DNA of 64,000 bases from Holophagales bacterium (GCA_016719485.1 JADJZB010000028.1:173898-237897), one strand, 5' to 3'; shown: positions 1 to 8,689, counted from the first letter of the stretch. Numbers and translations are program-made. The notes: a model not told the origin generated them from the sequence alone.

Positions 1-823
1 AGATCCGTCCGGCCCGAAGCTCTTCCATCCTCGCGAGGTCGCGAGCGACGTCCTCCGGATGGGTGACGTCCTGGAAGCGAAGGGTTTCCAGCTCCTCCCG
101 GGAGTAGCCGACGAGCTCGGCGTAGCGCTGGTTGACCCGCAGGAACGCGCCCGTTCCCGTGTCCACCTGCGCGACCCCGACGACGGTCTGGTCGAAGAGA
201 GCGCGGAAGAGGGACTCCCTCTCGCGCAGCGCCCCGGAGTCCCGCTCCCGCCTCAGGCGGTTCGCCATGAGGAGACCGAGCGCCGCCGTCGCGGGCGGGT
301 AGATCAGGAGGATCGGGAGGGTGATGTGAGAGAGCACCCGAAGGGCGCTCGACCAGGGAAGAGTGAAGAACAGGCAGAGCATCGCCACGTGGACGGCGAG
401 ACCGAGCGCGGTGAGCTCGACCCACTCCAGGTCGGCGAGACGCGACCGTCGGCGGTACCGCCAGAGGAGACCGATACAGCCGGACGCCACGATGACCAGG
501 ACGCCCGTGAGAGCTGCCGCGCCCCCCATCCAGATCCGGAAGGCCGACGTCACCGCCATGGCGATGACGGTCGGCACCGTTCCGAAGTAGAGGCCGGCCA
601 CCCCGAGGAGGATCGAGCGCGTGTCGAACACGATCCCGGGCTCGAGCGTCCACGAGGAGAGCATCACCGCCACCCCGAGGCCTGCGACCGCGAGACCGAC
701 GGGAACCTGCCGCAGACGGCTCGCGTCGGCCCTCCACCGCGTCGTGGCGAGGTCGTAGACGAGCGCCAGCGCCAGCAGGAGCGCGGCATTGTGGACGAGC
801 GCGAGGAAGCCGCCTTCAGGCAT
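1..823 (-). CDS. Sensor protein N-terminus (5TM LytS/YhcK-type receptor domain followed by PAS-like domain); 3' part lies outside the window
   Basis: Own minus-strand translation from ATG at 823-821: MPEGGFLALVHNAALLLALALVYDL... Five hydrophobic helices are followed by ...ESLFRALFDQTVVGVAQVD...RVNQRYAELVGYSREEL. Strong G/C third-position bias. Absent from the ORF track because it runs off the edge. Confidence 0.6.
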   Translation of the reverse strand, partial: MPEGGFLALVHNAALLLALALVYDLATTRWRADASRLRQVPVGLAVAGLGVAVMLSSWTLEPGIVFDTRSILLGVAGLYFGTVPTVIAMAVTSAFRIWMGGAAALTGVLVIVASGCIGLLWRYRRRSRLADLEWVELTALGLAVHVAMLCLFFTLPWSSALRVLSHITLPILLIYPPATAALGLLMANRLRRERDSGALRERESLFRALFDQTVVGVAQVDTGTGAFLRVNQRYAELVGYSREELETLRFQDVTHPEDVARDLARMEELRAGRI

Positions 824-1004
824 CGGCCCGCCGTCGCCCCGTCCTCATCTTCGAGGGGGCCCGCAGGGCCAGCTCCGCGTCACTCTCGTCGTCTTCCACG
901 AGGAGGATTCGCACGTTCTGGGACATCGCATCCTCCGACTCAGCGAATAGTAGACGCTCGGGCTGTGTACCGGCCGACCCGTCCGCCCGCGTCGGGGATT
1001 TCCG

Positions 1005-1033
1005 TTGACCCCGGCCCCCGCCGCAGCTACATT
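1005..1033 (+). promoter_or_regulatory. Sigma70-like promoter of arsR1 (TTGACC-N17-TACATT)
   Basis: TTGACC at 1005-1010, a 17-nt spacer, TACATT at 1028-1033; sits 16 nt upstream of the arsR1 ATG. Confidence 0.4.
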
Positions 1034-1050
1034 TCGCAGGAGACCGAAAT
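1031..1050. promoter_or_regulatory. Inverted repeat ATTTCG-N8-CGAAAT overlapping the -10, RBS and ATG of arsR1 (candidate ArsR operator)
   Basis: ATTTCG 1031-1036, spacer CAGGAGAC, CGAAAT 1045-1050. The same 6-N8-6 repeat with the same geometry occurs at 41008-41027 in front of arsR4. Confidence 0.45.
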
Positions 1051-1501
1051 GGTAGACAGGAACCTGCCCAACCTCGCGGGCCGGATGCAGGCTCTCGCGA
1101 ACGCCACCCGGCTCCGCGTCCTGCTGCTGTTGCGCGACGGGGGTCTCTGCGTCTGCCAGGTCGCCGCCATCATCGACGTCCCCGCATCCACCGTCTCCAG
1201 CCATCTCGCCGATCTCAAGCGGGCCGGAATCGTGAGCGAGCACCGCCGTGGGCGTTTCGTCTGGTACGCGCTTCGCCGGCACGACGACGTCGTCCCGTGG
1301 CTCCGCCTCGTGGCCCGCCAGACGACGAGCGACCCGCAGCTCGCCGCCGACCACGCCCGGGCCACCCGCATCCGCCTCGTCCCGCCCGAGATGCTCCTGG
1401 CCTCGACGGGCTGCGAAGCGACGCAGAGCGTTCCGACGCCCGGTACGGCGACGGCGTCTCCCCGTCACCCGGCGGCGCGTCGCCGGTTTTCCGCCGTCTG
1501 A
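1049..1501 (+). CDS. arsR: ArsR/SmtB family transcriptional regulator (paralog 1)
   Basis: C-terminal 150 aa of track ORF 59..1501: MVDRNLPNLAGRMQALANATRLRVLLLLRDGGLCVCQVAAIIDVPASTVSSHLADLKRAGIV. HTH plus a CVC metalloid-site motif. AGGAG RBS 8 nt upstream. Confidence 0.85.
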   Translation: MVDRNLPNLAGRMQALANATRLRVLLLLRDGGLCVCQVAAIIDVPASTVSSHLADLKRAGIVSEHRRGRFVWYALRRHDDVVPWLRLVARQTTSDPQLAADHARATRIRLVPPEMLLASTGCEATQSVPTPGTATASPRHPAARRRFSAV

Positions 1502-1629
1502 GCGCCCGGCCCCCCCGTCTCGAATGGAGAGCGCGCTGGACATCGTCCCATCAAGAAACTATGATTCGTGTTTAACCGAAGCCAGCCCGGCGTCGCCGGG
1601 TCCCGCGCTCGCGACGAAAGGAACCGCCC

Positions 1630-1887
1630 ATGGAAACCACCCCCTCCCACAGGAAGATCGAGATCCTCGGCCCCGGATGCACCCGCTGCAAGGAGACGTT
1701 CCGCGTCGTCGCGCACGTCGTCGAGACCGAGAAGCTCCCCTTCACCGTCGAGAAGGTCGAGGGGATGGAGCGGATGCTCGAGCTCGGCCTCCTCGCGACC
1801 CCCGGCGTCGCCGTCGAGGGGAAGGTGATCTTCTCCGGCCGGATCCCGAAGGCCGAGGAGCTCCGCGCGGCCCTGGCCGCCCTCTGA
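1630..1887 (+). CDS. Small thioredoxin-fold protein (redox-active disulfide protein 2 type, CxxC = CTRC)
   Basis: Track ORF 85 aa: KIEILGPGCTRCKETF...ATPGVAVEGKVIFSGRIP. This small Trx_3-like protein commonly sits next to ArsP-type permeases. Confidence 0.8.
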   Translation: METTPSHRKIEILGPGCTRCKETFRVVAHVVETEKLPFTVEKVEGMERMLELGLLATPGVAVEGKVIFSGRIPKAEELRAALAAL

Positions 1888-1942
1888 GACCCCGCGACGG
1901 GGCGGGGCCGCGTCCGCCGCGGCGCCCGCCCGGAGGCCATCC

Positions 1943-3131
1943 ATGAAGGAGAGGACGAAGCTCCTCCTGATCGTCGGGGTCTTTCTCGGCGCCTACTTTC
2001 TGCCGGTCGAGAGCGCTCGTTTCCAGCGGGCCGTCCCCGAGGGGTTCGTCCTGCTCCGCGACTACGCCCGCGAGCACGTCCTCCTCTGCCTCGTCCCGGC
2101 CTTCTTCATCGCGGGAGCGATCGGCCAGTTCGTCAGCCAGGGCGCCGTCATGAAGTACCTCGGCGCCACGGCGAAGCGCCCGGTCGCCTACGGCGTCGGC
2201 TCGGTCTCCGGCGCCATCCTCGCGGTCTGCTCCTGCACGGTCCTGCCGCTCTTCTCGAGCATCTACAAGCGCGGTGCGGGTCTCGGACCGGCCACGGCGT
2301 TCCTCTATTCCGGCCCCGCGATCAACGTCCTCGCGATGATCCTCACCGCCCGCGTCCTCGGCCTCCAGCTGGGCCTCGCCCGCGCGATCGGGGCCGTGGT
2401 CTTCGCCGTCGTCATCGGGCTCCTCATGGCCGCGATCTTCCGGAAGGAGGAGGCCGAGCGGGTGAAGAACGGCCCCGATCCGTTCGCGGCGGCCGGCACC
2501 GCGGCGAGCGGACGGACGCGCGAGGTGTGGCAGGACGCTTCCTTCCTCGGCTCGATGATTGCGATCCTCGTCTTCGCGAACTGGGGCGCATCGAACAGGG
2601 CCGTCGGCTTCTTCGCGGCGGTCTACGAGGTCCACTGGATACTGACCGGCGCGGCCCTCGCGGCCCTCATCTTCATGATGCTGCGCTGGTACGACCGGGA
2701 AGAGCTGCGGCTCTGGGTCCTCGGGACCTGGGAGTTCGCCAAGCAGATCCTCCCGCTCCTCCTCGGCGGCGTTCTCGTCGCCGGGTGGCTCATGGGCCGC
2801 CCCGGGCACGACTCCGGGCTGATCCCCGACGCGTGGGTCGCCGGGGCGGTCGGGGGAAACTCCCTCGCCGCGAACCTCTTCGCCTCCGTCGCCGGGGCCC
2901 TGATGTACTTCGCGACGCTCACCGAGATCCCGATCCTCCAGGGGCTCCTGGGTTCCGGCATGGGGAAGGGGCCGGCCCTCTCGCTCCTCCTCGCCGGTCC
3001 GGCCCTCTCCCTCCCGAGCATGATCGTCATCCAACTCGTACCTCGGCACGAAGAAGACGATCGTCTACGTCAGCCTCGTCGTCGTCATGTCCACCGCCAC
3101 CGGTCTCGTCTTCGGAGCGTTCGCGTCATGA
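1943..3131 (+). pseudogene. ArsP-like (COG0701/DUF318) permease, reading frame broken by one extra nucleotide near 3041
   Basis: Track ORF 1943..3616 reads as a permease (VCSCTVLPLF vicinal-Cys motif, multiple TM helices) up to ...SLPSMIVIQLV. It then turns into Arg/His-rich nonsense. The next frame from 3042 reads LGTKKTIVYVSLVVVMSTATGLVFGAFAS-stop (stop 3129-3131), the expected permease C-terminus. Confidence 0.75.
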
Positions 3132-3616
3132 GCATCGAAAACAAGCACCTCGTCACCGGAGCTCTCCTCGCCTTCGTCGTCGTCACGGTTGTCACCCTCG
3201 CCGTGAAGGAGACGCGCCACGCGCGGGCCGTCGCTGCGGTGGAGGCCACGGACGCAGTACCGCCGTCGGCTGCCCCCTCCTCGACGGTCGTCGTCACGTA
3301 CTTCCACACGACCGCTCGCTGCCTGTCGTGCCTGAAGATCGAGGAGCTGACGAACGCGACGATGACGGTGCACTTCGCCGGGCCGATCTCCGGGAAGGCG
3401 GTCGTCTGGAGGCTCGTGAACACCGACGAGCCCACGAACGCCCACTACGTGAAGGACTACAGGCTCTACACGAAGTCGGTCGTGGTCTCGGAGGTGAAGG
3501 ACGGCAAGGAAGTCCGCTGGAAGAACCTCGACCAGGTCTGGCAGCTGCTCGGAAGCCCCGACGCGTTCCAGGAGTACGTCGAGCGGGAGGTCCGGTCGTA
3601 CCTGGAGAAGGCGTGA
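3128..3616 (+). CDS. Membrane-anchored thioredoxin-like CxxC protein (resembles what I recall NCBI naming the ArsF family)
   Basis: MSIENKHLVTGALLAFVVVTVVTLAV (one TM helix), then ...VVVTYFHTTARCLSCLKIEEL... (CLSC). The ATG overlaps the shifted-frame permease stop (ATGA). Confidence 0.65.
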   Translation: MSIENKHLVTGALLAFVVVTVVTLAVKETRHARAVAAVEATDAVPPSAAPSSTVVVTYFHTTARCLSCLKIEELTNATMTVHFAGPISGKAVVWRLVNTDEPTNAHYVKDYRLYTKSVVVSEVKDGKEVRWKNLDQVWQLLGSPDAFQEYVEREVRSYLEKA

Positions 3617-4302
3617 CGCCCGAGCTGGCCCCGGCGATCGCGACGGCCCTCTGGCTCGGCGTCCTGACGTCGATCAGCCCCTGCCCGCTCGCGACGAACA
3701 TCGCGGCCGTCTCGTACCTGGCGAGGCGCGCCAACAGGCCCCGGCTCGTCCTCCTCTCGGCCTTCACGTACTCCCTCGGCCGCGCGCTCGCCTATGCCGC
3801 GGTCAGCACCGTGGTGGTCCTCGGCCTCCTGTCGGTTCCCGGCCTCTCGCAGTTCCTGCAGCGGTACATGAACAAGCTCCTGGGTCCGCTGCTCGTCCTC
3901 GTGGGGATGTACGTCCTCGACCTCATCCGGATCGGTGTCTCCACGACCGCGGGAAGCGACGACCTGCGGAAGAAGGCGGCAGACGGGGGCGCGTGGGGCG
4001 CGGCGCTCCTCGGCGCCCTCTTCGCCCTCTCCTTCTGCCCCGTCTCGGCCGCCCTCTTCTTCGGCAGCCTCGTGCCGCTCGCCCTCCAGCACGGGTCGAA
4101 GGTCGTCCTCCCGGTCGTCTACGGCTTCGGCACGGCGCTCCCGGTCGCGATTCTCGCGCTCGTCGCGACCGGCGGGACCAAGGCGCTCGCCGCGGCGATG
4201 AAAAAGATCGGGGCGTTCGAGGTCTGGGCGCGCCGAATCACCGGCGTCGTCTTCGTCGCGGTGGGGATCTACCTCTCGGTGCGGTTCGTCTTCCTGGGCT
4301 GA
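3613..4302 (+). CDS. CcdA/DsbD-like transmembrane thiol-disulfide transfer protein (DsbD_2 type; possibly the family NCBI names ArsG)
   Basis: Tail of track ORF 2527..4302: VTPELAPAIATALWLGVLTSISPCPLATN...ALSFCPVSAALFFG... Six or so TM helices with two conserved intramembrane Cys. The GTG overlaps the upstream stop (GTGA). Confidence 0.7.
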   Translation: MTPELAPAIATALWLGVLTSISPCPLATNIAAVSYLARRANRPRLVLLSAFTYSLGRALAYAAVSTVVVLGLLSVPGLSQFLQRYMNKLLGPLLVLVGMYVLDLIRIGVSTTAGSDDLRKKAADGGAWGAALLGALFALSFCPVSAALFFGSLVPLALQHGSKVVLPVVYGFGTALPVAILALVATGGTKALAAAMKKIGAFEVWARRITGVVFVAVGIYLSVRFVFLG

Positions 4303-4451
4303 CGGGCAGGCCACCGGAACTCCACCCTCTCACCCGTCCGATGTCGTCCCAGGGTCCCGCGCCTGCATCACTCCCGGCAACGAGACCTTGTCTGCGATCG
4401 CCCCGACGAGCTCGACGGATCGGTCTCGGCAGCAGGCTCCGGGCAACGGGC

Positions 4452-5060
4452 TCAGTAGTTGGGGATGTACTCCCAGGAGATCGGACCCCGCCTCAGGGCG
4501 TTTCTGTCGTCATAAACGAGTTCTCCCGGGCCTTCCGTCCGGTCTCCAACGGGCTCCACTCCCCGCGGGGTGAGCTGGGCCTGCCGGAGGACGGCGATCA
4601 GGCGTACTTGCTCGTTGCGACTCCCGTAATCACCAGTCCCGGACCACGTCTCCCTCTCGACCAGCTCCAGCTCACGCCGGACGATCGAGAACCTCCAGAA
4701 ATGGGTCTTGTCGTCGTGGTTGGCGCCAGTCCCGATCGTCGCGGACTTGTCCAGCGGCCTCCAGGTCCCGGAGTAGTTGTATCCCGCCCCGAAGGTAGTG
4801 ATCAATTCCGCCTGCGACTGAAAGTGCCTTCCGCTACCGCCGACCAACGGCTTCAGCAGCGCGATGCCCACCATGTCAGGGGGGGTGTTTGCTCCATGCC
4901 GGCTCTTCTGAAGAAGCTGAATCTTGCAACGCGAAAACACGATGGGCCCTCCTGCATGTCCGCTCTCTTGGATGGATCTTAATTGAGACGCGTTCTGTGA
5001 CGCAGCCTGGCAAGAGGGGCTGGAACCGGCGGACTTGCGTCGGGCCCCTTGACATATCAA
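4452..5060 (-). CDS. Hypothetical protein, lower-GC orphan ORF (start uncertain; an internal ATG at 4874 is plausible)
   Basis: Track ORF 202 aa ending ...HDDKTHFWRFSIVRRELELVERETWSGTGDYG...RRGPISWEYIPNY. No family recognised. Local GC is visibly lower than the flanks. Confidence 0.35.
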   Translation of the reverse strand: MICQGARRKSAGSSPSCQAASQNASQLRSIQESGHAGGPIVFSRCKIQLLQKSRHGANTPPDMVGIALLKPLVGGSGRHFQSQAELITTFGAGYNYSGTWRPLDKSATIGTGANHDDKTHFWRFSIVRRELELVERETWSGTGDYGSRNEQVRLIAVLRQAQLTPRGVEPVGDRTEGPGELVYDDRNALRRGPISWEYIPNY

Positions 5061-5077
5061 GAATTCTCAATATATTT
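5049..5077 (+). promoter_or_regulatory. Sigma70-like promoter of arsR2 (TTGACA-N16-TATATT)
   Basis: TTGACA 5049-5054 and TATATT 5071-5076, in an AT-rich island within GC-rich DNA. The candidate GTG start at 5084 would give a near-leaderless transcript. Confidence 0.5.
5055..5072. promoter_or_regulatory. Operator-like palindrome TATCAAGAATTCTCAATA inside the arsR2 promoter spacer
   Basis: Imperfect palindrome centred on GAATTC; a near-identical copy lies at 5471-5488. Confidence 0.5.
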
Positions 5078-5083
5078 AATCGC

Positions 5084-5449
5084 GTGAGCGTTCCCACTTT
5101 CCGCCCCGGCCCGGCCCGGCCCGCCCACCCTTCCGCCAAGCCGGACCGGGCGGAGCATCTCGCCGACCTCTTCCACGCCCTCTCCGACCCGACCCGCCTC
5201 CGGATCCTCTCGGCCCTCAAGAACGGCGAGCAGTGCGTCTGCAACCTGACGGGGCTCCTCGTCGCCCAGCAGTCCCGACTCTCGTTCCACATGAAGACCC
5301 TCAAGGACGCCGGCCTCGTGAAGGACCGGCGCGAAGGGCGCTGGATCCACTATTCCCTCGTTCCCGAGGCGGTCGACGAGATCCGGCTGGCGCTCGACGA
5401 GCTCGCGGAGGCCGCAAAGGCGTCGGCCGCGACCTGCTGCCGCCCTTGA
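5084..5449 (+). CDS. arsR: ArsR/SmtB family transcriptional regulator (paralog 2)
   Basis: Tail of track ORF 4889..5449: ...AEHLADLFHALSDPTRLRILSALKNGEQCVCNLTGLLVAQQSRLSFHMKTLKDAGLV... CVC motif. The start is taken as the in-frame GTG at 5084 (uncertain). Confidence 0.8.
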   Translation: MSVPTFRPGPARPAHPSAKPDRAEHLADLFHALSDPTRLRILSALKNGEQCVCNLTGLLVAQQSRLSFHMKTLKDAGLVKDRREGRWIHYSLVPEAVDEIRLALDELAEAAKASAATCCRP

Positions 5450-5470
5450 AACCCCTTTTTTTCTTCTACG

Positions 5471-5488
5471 TATCGAGAATTCTTGATA
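5471..5488. promoter_or_regulatory. Operator-like palindrome TATCGAGAATTCTTGATA upstream of arsM
   Basis: 18-nt near-perfect palindrome, 14 nt upstream of the arsM ATG and followed by the RBS AAGGGAG. Sister copy of 5055-5072. Confidence 0.5.
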
Positions 5489-5502
5489 GAAGGGAGCACA
5501 CC

Positions 5503-6354
5503 ATGAACGACAACGAGATCCGCGACATCGTGAGAGAGAAGTACGGGAAGGCCGCCCTGCAGGTAAAGGAGGGGCGCGCCTCCTGCTGCGGGCCGGCGCC
5601 GTCGGCCTGCTGCGGCACGGCCCCCTCGGCCTCCGGCCTCTCCGGCGACCCGATCACCTCGAACCTCTATGCCGACCACGAGACGGCGCTCCTCCCGACC
5701 GCCGCCGTCCAGGCCTCGCTCGGTTGCGGCAACCCCACGGCCCTCACGAAGCTCGAGGAGGGGCAGGTCGTCCTCGACCTCGGCTCCGGCGGTGGCATCG
5801 ACGTCCTCCTCTCCGCAAAGCGGGTCGGCCCGACCGGCAAGGCCTACGGCCTCGACATGACCGACGAGATGCTCGCCCTGGCCCGCGAGAACCAGAAGAA
5901 GGCGGGCGCGACGAACGTCGAGTTCCTGAAGGGGACGATGGAGGAGATCCCGCTCCCCGACGGCTCCGTCGACGTGATCATCTCCAACTGCGTCATCAAC
6001 CTCGCCGCCGACAAGGACCGGGTCCTCCGCGAGGCCTTCCGCGTCCTGAAGCCGGGCGGCCGGTTCGCCGTCTCGGACGTCGTGACGAAGGGGGAGATTC
6101 CCGCGCCCGTCAAGAAGAGCGTCGAGCTCTGGATCGGGTGCATCGCCGGGGCCCTCGACGAGGACGAGTACGTCGCGAAGCTGACGGCCGCGGGCTTCAC
6201 GGACGTGACCGTCGAGCCGACGCGAATCTACCGGGTCGACGACGCACGCGAATTCCTCGAATCGGCCGGGATCGACGTGGACGCCCTCGGGCCGGAAGTC
6301 GACGGCAAGTTCCGGAGCGCGTTCGTCCGCGCGACGAAACCCGCGCGGGGCTGA
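5503..6354 (+). CDS. arsM: Arsenite S-adenosylmethionine methyltransferase
   Basis: [18 protein letters not shown]...CCGP...CCG...[12 protein letters not shown] (SAM motif)...ISNCVINL...WIGCIAGAL. In frame inside track ORF 5233..6354. Confidence 0.9.
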   Translation: MNDNEIRDIVREKYGKAALQVKEGRASCCGPAPSACCGTAPSASGLSGDPITSNLYADHETALLPTAAVQASLGCGNPTALTKLEEGQVVLDLGSGGGIDVLLSAKRVGPTGKAYGLDMTDEMLALARENQKKAGATNVEFLKGTMEEIPLPDGSVDVIISNCVINLAADKDRVLREAFRVLKPGGRFAVSDVVTKGEIPAPVKKSVELWIGCIAGALDEDEYVAKLTAAGFTDVTVEPTRIYRVDDAREFLESAGIDVDALGPEVDGKFRSAFVRATKPARG

Positions 6355-6409
6355 GGACCGCCCTCCCCCGCCGCATCCCGAGTTCGGATTCGTTCAGGAG
6401 GCAGAGACC

Positions 6410-7483
6410 ATGCCCGATGGCGTCGGAAAGAGGCTTTCGTTTCTCGACCGGTGGCTGACGTTCTGGATCTTCGCGGCGATGGCCGCCGGGGTCCTCGCCG
6501 GAGCCTTCGTCCCCGGGGTCGAGTCGTTCGTCAACTCGTTCCAGGTCGGGACGACGAACATCCCGATCGCCATCGGGCTCATCCTGATGATGTACCCCCC
6601 CTTCGCGAAGGTGAGGTACGAGGACATGGGCGACGTCTTCCGCGACCGGAAGGTCGTCGCCCTCTCCCTGTTCCAGAACTGGATCGTCGGGCCCATCCTC
6701 ATGTTCGTCCTCGCGATCGTCTTCCTGCGCGGCTACCCGGAGTACATGGCCGGCCTCATCATGATCGGCCTCGCCCGCTGCATTGCCATGGTCATCGTCT
6801 GGAACGAGCTCGCGAAAGGCGACACGGAGTACGCCGCGGGCCTCGTCGCGTTTAACAGTGTCTTTCAAGTTCTCTTCTACAGCGTCTACGCCTGGTTCTT
6901 CATCACCGTCCTGCCTCCGCTCTTCGGCCTGAAAGGGAGCCTCGTCGAGGTGAGCATGGCGGAGATCGCGAAGAGCGTCTTCATCTACCTCGGGATCCCG
7001 TTCATCGCGGGCGCGCTCACGCGGCTCGTCGGCGTGAAGCTGAAGGGGAAGGAGTGGTACCACCGGCGCTTCGTCCCGGCCATCAGCCCGATCACGCTCG
7101 TCGCGCTCCTCTTCACGATCGTCGTGATGTTCAGCCTCAAGGGGAAGCTCATCGTCTCGATCCCGATGGACGTCGTGAGGATCGCCATTCCGCTCGTCGT
7201 CTACTTCGTCCTGATGTTCGTCGTCTCGTTCTGGATGGGCAGGAGGATCGGCGCCGACTACAGCAAGACGACGACTCTCGCGTTCACGGCGGCGAGCAAC
7301 AACTTCGAGCTGGCGATCGCCGTCGCCGTCGCGGTCTTCGGGATCAATTCCGGAGCCGCTTTCGCGGCCGTCATCGGTCCGCTCGTCGAGGTGCCGGTGA
7401 TGATCGGTCTCGTCAACGTCGCGTTCTGGTTCCAGCGGCGGTACTTCGTGCCCTCGGCGGCAGGGGAAAAGGCCGTGGCATGA
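6410..7483 (+). CDS. acr3: ACR3-family arsenite efflux transporter
   Basis: Track ORF 357 aa: [13 protein letters not shown]...[17 protein letters not shown]...[13 protein letters not shown]... Confidence 0.92.
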   Translation: MPDGVGKRLSFLDRWLTFWIFAAMAAGVLAGAFVPGVESFVNSFQVGTTNIPIAIGLILMMYPPFAKVRYEDMGDVFRDRKVVALSLFQNWIVGPILMFVLAIVFLRGYPEYMAGLIMIGLARCIAMVIVWNELAKGDTEYAAGLVAFNSVFQVLFYSVYAWFFITVLPPLFGLKGSLVEVSMAEIAKSVFIYLGIPFIAGALTRLVGVKLKGKEWYHRRFVPAISPITLVALLFTIVVMFSLKGKLIVSIPMDVVRIAIPLVVYFVLMFVVSFWMGRRIGADYSKTTTLAFTAASNNFELAIAVAVAVFGINSGAAFAAVIGPLVEVPVMIGLVNVAFWFQRRYFVPSAAGEKAVA

Positions 7484-7911
7484 CGACGCCTCGCGTCCTG
7501 GTCCTCTGCACGGGCAACTCCTGCCGCTCCCAGATGGGAGAGGGGTGGGTGCGCCGCCTTCTCGGCGATCGCGTCGAGGTCCACTCCGCAGGGACCAAGC
7601 CGTCTTTCGTCCACCCGCGCGCGATCCAGGTGATGGGCGAGTCCGGCGTAGACCTCTCGTCCCACACGAGCAAGGGCGTCGAAAGCCTGAGGGGGATCTC
7701 CTTCGACCTCGTCGTCACGGTCTGCGATTCGGCCCACGAAGCCTGCCCCCTTTTTCCGGGCGCGAAGAAGACGGTCCACCACGCGTTCGAGGACCCGGCC
7801 CACGCGGGCGAGGGGGACGACGCGCTCCCCCTCTTCCGCCGCGTCCGCGACGAGATCCGCGACGTCCTCCCGGCGCTCGTTGCACGGGAACTGGGGCTCT
7901 CGGGGAACTGA
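7480..7911 (+). CDS. arsC: Arsenate reductase, thioredoxin-coupled LMW-PTPase type
   Basis: [22 protein letters not shown] (CX5R loop) and ...[12 protein letters not shown] (Cys82/Cys89 equivalents). The ATG overlaps the acr3 stop (ATGA). Confidence 0.9.
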   Translation: MTTPRVLVLCTGNSCRSQMGEGWVRRLLGDRVEVHSAGTKPSFVHPRAIQVMGESGVDLSSHTSKGVESLRGISFDLVVTVCDSAHEACPLFPGAKKTVHHAFEDPAHAGEGDDALPLFRRVRDEIRDVLPALVARELGLSGN

Positions 7912-8053
7912 CCTGGGCGGGCGCCCCGTGCACGGAACGTCGTGAAGCTGGGACGTGAGGCGGGGGTGGACCGGCTCCTCGTGCCGGCCTCAGACCGCTT
8001 TCCGGATCCGGCCCCTCCTGAGGCAGACTTCCGCCAAAGACAAGGAGACCAGG

Positions 8054-8635
8054 ATGATTCACCGATCTCTCGCCGCGGTCCTCGCCCTCTCAATTGCAGG
8101 CCTCCCCTCGGCCGCCGACGCGCAGGGGCGCCCCGATCCGGCCGTCACCGTCGCTGCCCAGAAGGAGGCCCTCGCGAAGCTCTCGTTCCTGGACGGCCTC
8201 TGGAGGGGCCCCGCCTGGACGATCTCTCCTTCCGGCGAGAAGCACACGGTCACTCAGACGGAGCGCGTCGGCCCGTTCCTCGACGGCGCCGTCAAGGTCG
8301 TCGAGGGGCTGGGCTACGAGGCCGACGGCAAGGTCGCGTTCAATGCGTTCGGCGTCATCTCCTACAGCCCGGCGACGCGTGCCTACTCGCTCCGGTCGTA
8401 CGCGATGGGAATGTCCGGAGATTACGTGCTGACCCTTCTCCCCGAGGGGTTCGCATGGGAGATCCCGGCGGGGCCGATGACCATCCGCTACACGGCCACG
8501 GTCAAGGACGGCACCTGGCACGAGGTCGGGGACCGGGTCGTCCCCGGGAAGGACCCCGTCCGCTTCATGGAGATGACCCTCAAGCGATTCGGCGACACGA
8601 CGTGGCCCGCGGGAGGGGCGGTCCCGTCCAGATAG
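8054..8635 (+). CDS. Secreted hypothetical protein (possibly DUF1579-like)
   Basis: MIHRSLAAVLALSIAGLPSAADA signal peptide, GGAG RBS upstream; internal start of track ORF 7955..8635. Confidence 0.55.
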   Translation: MIHRSLAAVLALSIAGLPSAADAQGRPDPAVTVAAQKEALAKLSFLDGLWRGPAWTISPSGEKHTVTQTERVGPFLDGAVKVVEGLGYEADGKVAFNAFGVISYSPATRAYSLRSYAMGMSGDYVLTLLPEGFAWEIPAGPMTIRYTATVKDGTWHEVGDRVVPGKDPVRFMEMTLKRFGDTTWPAGGAVPSR

Positions 8636-8689
8636 GGACGAACGATCCGGAGCCCCCAGTGTCCGGAGCTCTTCCGACCGACGACCGTT

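Noticed and set aside
59-1048. N-terminal 330 aa of track ORF 59..1501.
   Set aside because: This part is antisense to a well-supported membrane sensor gene (1-823, minus) and compositionally non-protein-like. Only the ArsR part from 1049 is kept.
1502-1629. AT-richer stretch (catcaagaaactatgattcgtgtttaacc) before the thioredoxin-like gene, as a third operator or promoter.
   Set aside because: There are only weak 4-bp inverted matches and no convincing -35/-10 pair. It resembles neither of the two palindrome families found elsewhere.
1943-3616. 557-aa ORF that looks like a permease fused to a thioredoxin-like protein.
   Set aside because: The 32-residue linker (PRHEEDDRLRQPRRRHVHRHRSRLRSVRV) is out-of-frame permease sequence. 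The shifted frame gives the expected last TM helix and a stop overlapping the next ATG. I treat it as two genes plus a frame error, not a natural fusion.
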